From: the human T2T-CHM13v2.0 reference genome, Homo sapiens
Assembly (NCBI RefSeq): GCF_009914755.1
Contig: NC_060947.1
Strand: one strand, 5' to 3'
DNA length: 64,000 nucleotides
How positions within the stretch are numbered: position 1 is the first letter of the stretch; each line of letters begins with the position of its first letter. Below, in pieces: positions 59,098 through 64,000 of the stretch. The notes beneath the pieces are model-generated. The model saw nothing but the letters and a program-made list of their open reading frames with translations, searched no databases and had not been told where the DNA came from. The position numbers and the translations under genes were made by a program.

Positions 59098-60923
59098 CTA
59101 GCACATGTGATGGCCTCTGTTGATTCTGGTGTCTTACACAGCAGAACAGATGCTGCACCCAGCAAGGAGGGTGGGTTTTTGAAACCCAGTGGTTTCACAG
59201 GCTGCTTGACGCCCGTAAAATGAACGCTTGCCCCAGTGACAAGGCAGTTAGCTAATTTTACCCTACTTCTAACATTACCAACACTATTATAAGCAACCAT
59301 AAATACTTAGGGCTCTCATGTCAAATTCTCCGTACAAGCCGTAGATATTGAAAAACATACAAATAGTTAGAAATACTTAAAGTCAAATGTGGGAGGCTAT
59401 TAAAAATATAAACAATAACTATTGTATTTCAAAAATGTATGACAAAAATGTTACTGGCTTGCCCCTAAAATATTTGGAGAAGCATAAACAAATTAATAGA
59501 AGCATGAATTTAGTGAAGTCTTAAATGATATAACTTTAATTAAAAATGACATTTCTCACTTTCGAGTGGCCTATTTTTCATGTGAAGAGCATAATGTTCT
59601 TTTCAGTAAAATTTGTACTTAAAATTTTGTAAAATGAGACTTTTTTGAAGCAGTTTTTTTAAACAAAGCTCAAATAAATGATCATGTTTATTCTGAATTT
59701 CATGTTTAAACATGAAAATAAATCTACAAGTGCTCTTCAGAATTACTGAAACTCTATTCTGTTGAAAGTATTAAGTGGGTTTTTGTTCTCTGATGTTTTC
59801 AAGCCTTTTGAAATTGACATTGAGCCACATAAATACCAAGCGATTTGGAGAGAAGCCGCTGGAAATTACAAAAGCAGCTTTTTAACAGGAGACAGCGCCA
59901 CACGCTGGCCATTTAAATAAAACGGGAAGGAAAGCACAGAACCGTCTCTGTGAGATAACCTAATTTTAGGACAAAGCTGTCCACTCTACAGCATATATCT
60001 GACTGGGGTAATCATGCCACATTTTCACTTAGCACTAACTTAATTACTTCCAGTGTGGATTTCAATATTGCAAGGCGTTCCTGCATCTCTACAGTCACAC
60101 TGACCTAAATTAGGGAGATTAGTATAGCAGTTTCAAACAATTTTTTCCTAACTTTTAAACACTTTCCAAATATTCCCTACAAAATTAACTGACAAAGGTG
60201 GACTGTGAATTACATCTATGGAAGCATCTGTTTGGAACCACTTTTTTTGCAGCTCCTACATGGCTTGCTTTTTAAGATTTTGTAAAATGTGAGAACATAT
60301 GAATAAAATTTGACGCCAGGGAAAAGAAGGGCAAAAAAAGTTGACAGGCTTTATCTGCTGCCTTAGAGAACATGAAGAAGACCCAGAAACTACCTTTCAA
60401 CACTCGCCAGCCGCTCTGCACAAGATGAGACAACAGCCAAGAGATGAACATAAACATGTTTGGAAACCTGGGGGAAGCCCTGCATTGCTCCAAGACCAAG
60501 CGGGCAGGGCCTCTGAATGTAACTAAGGCATGAACTAACTGTTTCCTCTTCTGTATCCACTGGAGCTAATAAAAAGCATCCCCTAGGACCACAAATAAAA
60601 CAAAACAAAGAGACATATTTTATTTCCAGGATTTTCTGTAGTGGCTAGCATGAACCAACTGGAGAATATTCCGCTCTGAGATTGAATTTTGGGTGTTTCA
60701 GAGTCAGAGAGCAAAGCTGACTCCCTTCTGGTCTCTTCTCCTCATTGTTTCTGGGACTCTGAATGCCCAGCCCTCCTCAGGCACTATGTAGCACATCAAA
60801 GGTCGACTTTGAGTTCCATGGAGTGCCAAGGCCAGGAGTTCACTTCGCCTTTTGTTTTCTTAGCAATCTGTGTTTCACTGGGACACAGATGGACAACAGT
60901 TGAATATCAAACATGGTAAATGG

Positions 60924-61155
60924 AGCCTGGGCAACATAACAAGACCTTGTCTCTGCCAAATAAATAAATAAATAAATAAAATAAAATAATCAGGGCAAGT
61001 GGCACACACCCCTAGTCCCAGAGAGGCTGAAGTAAGATCGCCTGAGCCTGGGAGGTTGAGGCTGCAGTGAGCTGTGATTGCACCACTGCACTCCATGCTG
61101 GGTAACAAAGTGAGACCCTGTTTTCTAAAATAATAAGAAAACAGAAAAGAAAAAA
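60924..61155 (+). mobile_element. 5'-truncated AluJ
   Basis: agcctgggcaacataacaagacc...ggttgaggctgcagtgagctgtgattg. Confidence 0.85.
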
Positions 61156-61794
61156 AGATGGTGAATGGGATTCACTTGATGTTTAAATGGCGATTCCTAA
61201 TGGGAATGTTTCTTCCTGGTCTTTCTGGACATTGCCTGAGATAGCTAAGGTAGTTAGCAACATGGTAACAACTTCTGTGCTCAAAAAGAAACTGAAGGGG
61301 AGGTGTCCATATGTATTCAACACTTTTCTTTTTCCTCTCCTGCAAATAATTAGTAGCTACCATTCTGAATTGATGAGAGTTCAGGTGGTATTTATCCCTG
61401 AGGAATTTATTTCCAGCATCTCAATGTTCATAATGCTTTTCATATATGGAGGAGGACGGTGCTAGGAAAAGCATTCAGTTGAGAGCATTCATACAGGCAG
61501 AAATGCTCCTGAATTACTGATACAGAGGAAGCCAGTGAAGACCAGTGGCGTGATTGGAGAAATGGTCAGCTCATTTATATTAGTAGGATGTCGCCCAGTG
61601 AATTACTGCTTCCTGGCATTATGCACAAAGAAAGAAATGAAAAGAGATCTAAACCCTTTTCTGTTTTCAGAAGATTAGGTGCACATGTTCATTGTTTATT
61701 TAAAATCAAAAGACTTTTTATCATTGTCTGCAAAAACTTTAAAGTTATGACTATCATAACTGCCTACTCAGACATTAAGGGATTATAAGACATC

Positions 61795-61795
<1 letters not shown>

Positions 61796-61847
<52 letters not shown>

Positions 61848-61858
61848 TTAGATAGATA
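61796..61858. repeat. (GATA)n tetranucleotide microsatellite
   Basis: About 12 perfect units. Confidence 0.95.
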
Positions 61859-62169
61859 CAATTTTGTATGTATATATACACAAAATTTCCATAAGTACAA
61901 GGACTATTTGTAGACTCTATTTTTCTTTGTCAGTTTGTACATTTTAATTCTAATTATATAATTTAAATTTTACAAGCCTTATTATTTTTGTTTTATACAC
62001 TCAATATTCATTATGATTTAATATTTATTTATCCTTTACATTGCTTCTTCTTTCTTATATTTCCATGTTTCCATCTGGGATCATTCCTTCTGCTGGAAGA
62101 AGTTAAATATATGCAACTGTATATATATATTAGTATGGTTCTATTGGAAACAGATTTTCTCAGATTTCC

Positions 62170-62485
<316 letters not shown>

Positions 62486-64000
62486 TGAGGGGATGCATTG
62501 CCATGTCTTTGTTTCATTTTTATTTTTGGAGAATACTCTTTCTACAACAGAATTCTAGATTAGCAGTTATATCCTGTCCTCATTATCGTTGTTCATTTTT
62601 TCAAAGTAGAACACGGGTCTTTTCTGTCATTTTGGACCAGAAGATTTCCCACTCAGTGGTCTTCAAGCCACTCAGCAGACAAGGGAATTACTTCTTGCTG
62701 AGGATACAAAAATCTCCCCATCTGCTTTGCTCTTACCTTGTTGAGCTTATGGAACTGACTTATTCCCAAGACCCCTTCCTTTGAAACTCCTGTTCCTAAA
62801 CAGCACATATCCCTAGATTTCCCATGTCTCTTCCTCAGTTTTTTTCCCTGGAGCCTCTTTTTACATCCTTCTGGATTCGTCACTGTTCTTGAAATAATCT
62901 GTTCCATGTGATAGAATCGAAGGGCAAGTTGGACAAGGAGGCTTTGCATGGGAAAGAAGTCCATGTGGCAGGAATTGAGGACACTGTTGCTCTACCTTAC
63001 AGAGCCCAGTCAGTACTGGGGCTCTGTCTTCTCTCTATGCTGTGAAAACCAGAATCTCGTTTGCCAGTCCTGACTTGGTGTCCACTTGGGTGAGGGGCTC
63101 TGGCCCAGGTGTGGGTCATTTATTTTTGACCGGGGCCCACCACAGACCCTGAGTTTCCTTCCCAGAGATGAAGACTCTGCTTTGGGTCAAGCAGCTATGC
63201 AAAGAGGCGGTGTCTACGAGTGGCTCCTTGGGGGCCTTTCCCTAGTTGCTCTGCAGAGCTGTAAGATTTGCATGTGTCTCTCTCAACCACCTCTGCCCTG
63301 AGCTTTCACTACGCTACGTAAGACCAACTCCCTGTTGGGCGTTTCCAAGGGCGAGACACACGCACAATCCTGCCTCAGGAACCCAGCCCCCATTGCCCAG
63401 TGCAGGAAGCGTGCCTGGCCTATTGCAAAAGTACCCAAGACGGTCAATTAAATAAAAGCTGCTGAAAGCATAGAGCCTGCAAAAGACTGCCTGGGTATGA
63501 ACCCCAGTCGACCCTGTGGAAGCTTTTAGAAGTGTGGACTTGGGGATATTATATATGTTCTCTGTAGCTCAGTGTTCTCAAATGGAAAATGGGAAAAACA
63601 TACCAACTTTGTGGTGTCATAAGTATTCACTGAGTTAATATCGGTGAACACCACCGGAAGTGTTAGCTCTTATCACGTCTTTCTAAAATTAGGATATGCT
63701 ATTATTGTTGCCCTCTTTAAAAATCATGGCTGGATCCCCCCTGCTGATGTGACAGTTGTTTATCATGCAGTAAGAGTTGCTTTATAATGTCTTCCCTCCT
63801 CAAAGTTCATCTTTCCCCAGACCCATCAGTGTCAGCCACGCTACGGAAGAACTAAACAGCTGGCGCCTTCACGCTGTCACTCCATGCCCATGCCAGTGGT
63901 GGATGTTGCTCTCTCCCCTGAAATGGTCGTCTCTCCTCTTGGCCTGCCAACCCTGGTGCACTGAGAAATGTATTATTGTCCCCACCTTAGGTAACTGTAT

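Overview
This is primate, most likely human, genomic DNA covering the 5' end of ANOS1 (KAL1, anosmin-1; Xp22.31 in human) on the minus strand. Coding exon 1 (53147..52941, 69 codons) lies in a CpG island of about 2.2 kb. A 32,083-nt intron 1 separates it from the 48-nt exon 2 (20857..20810, NNGSLVWCQNHKQCSK), which the ORF track misses. Intron 2 runs off the left edge of the window, and about 10 kb of upstream flank lies on the right. The rest is mostly interspersed repeats (Alu, L1, L2, MIR, ERV1/MaLR solo LTRs, hAT and Tigger fossils) and microsatellites, so nearly all listed ORFs are artefacts. Repeat subfamily names come from recalled consensus sequences and their boundaries are approximate. 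I found no support for a new biological system. The most unusual items are local: (1) an antisense HERV-H LTR7 U5 fragment inside an AluJ, between its body and its A-tail; (2) an Alu split by a MER5-containing insert; (3) a non-Alu inverted repeat with about 115-bp arms, 2.2 kb upstream of exon 2; (4) a clean twin-primed L1 inversion.
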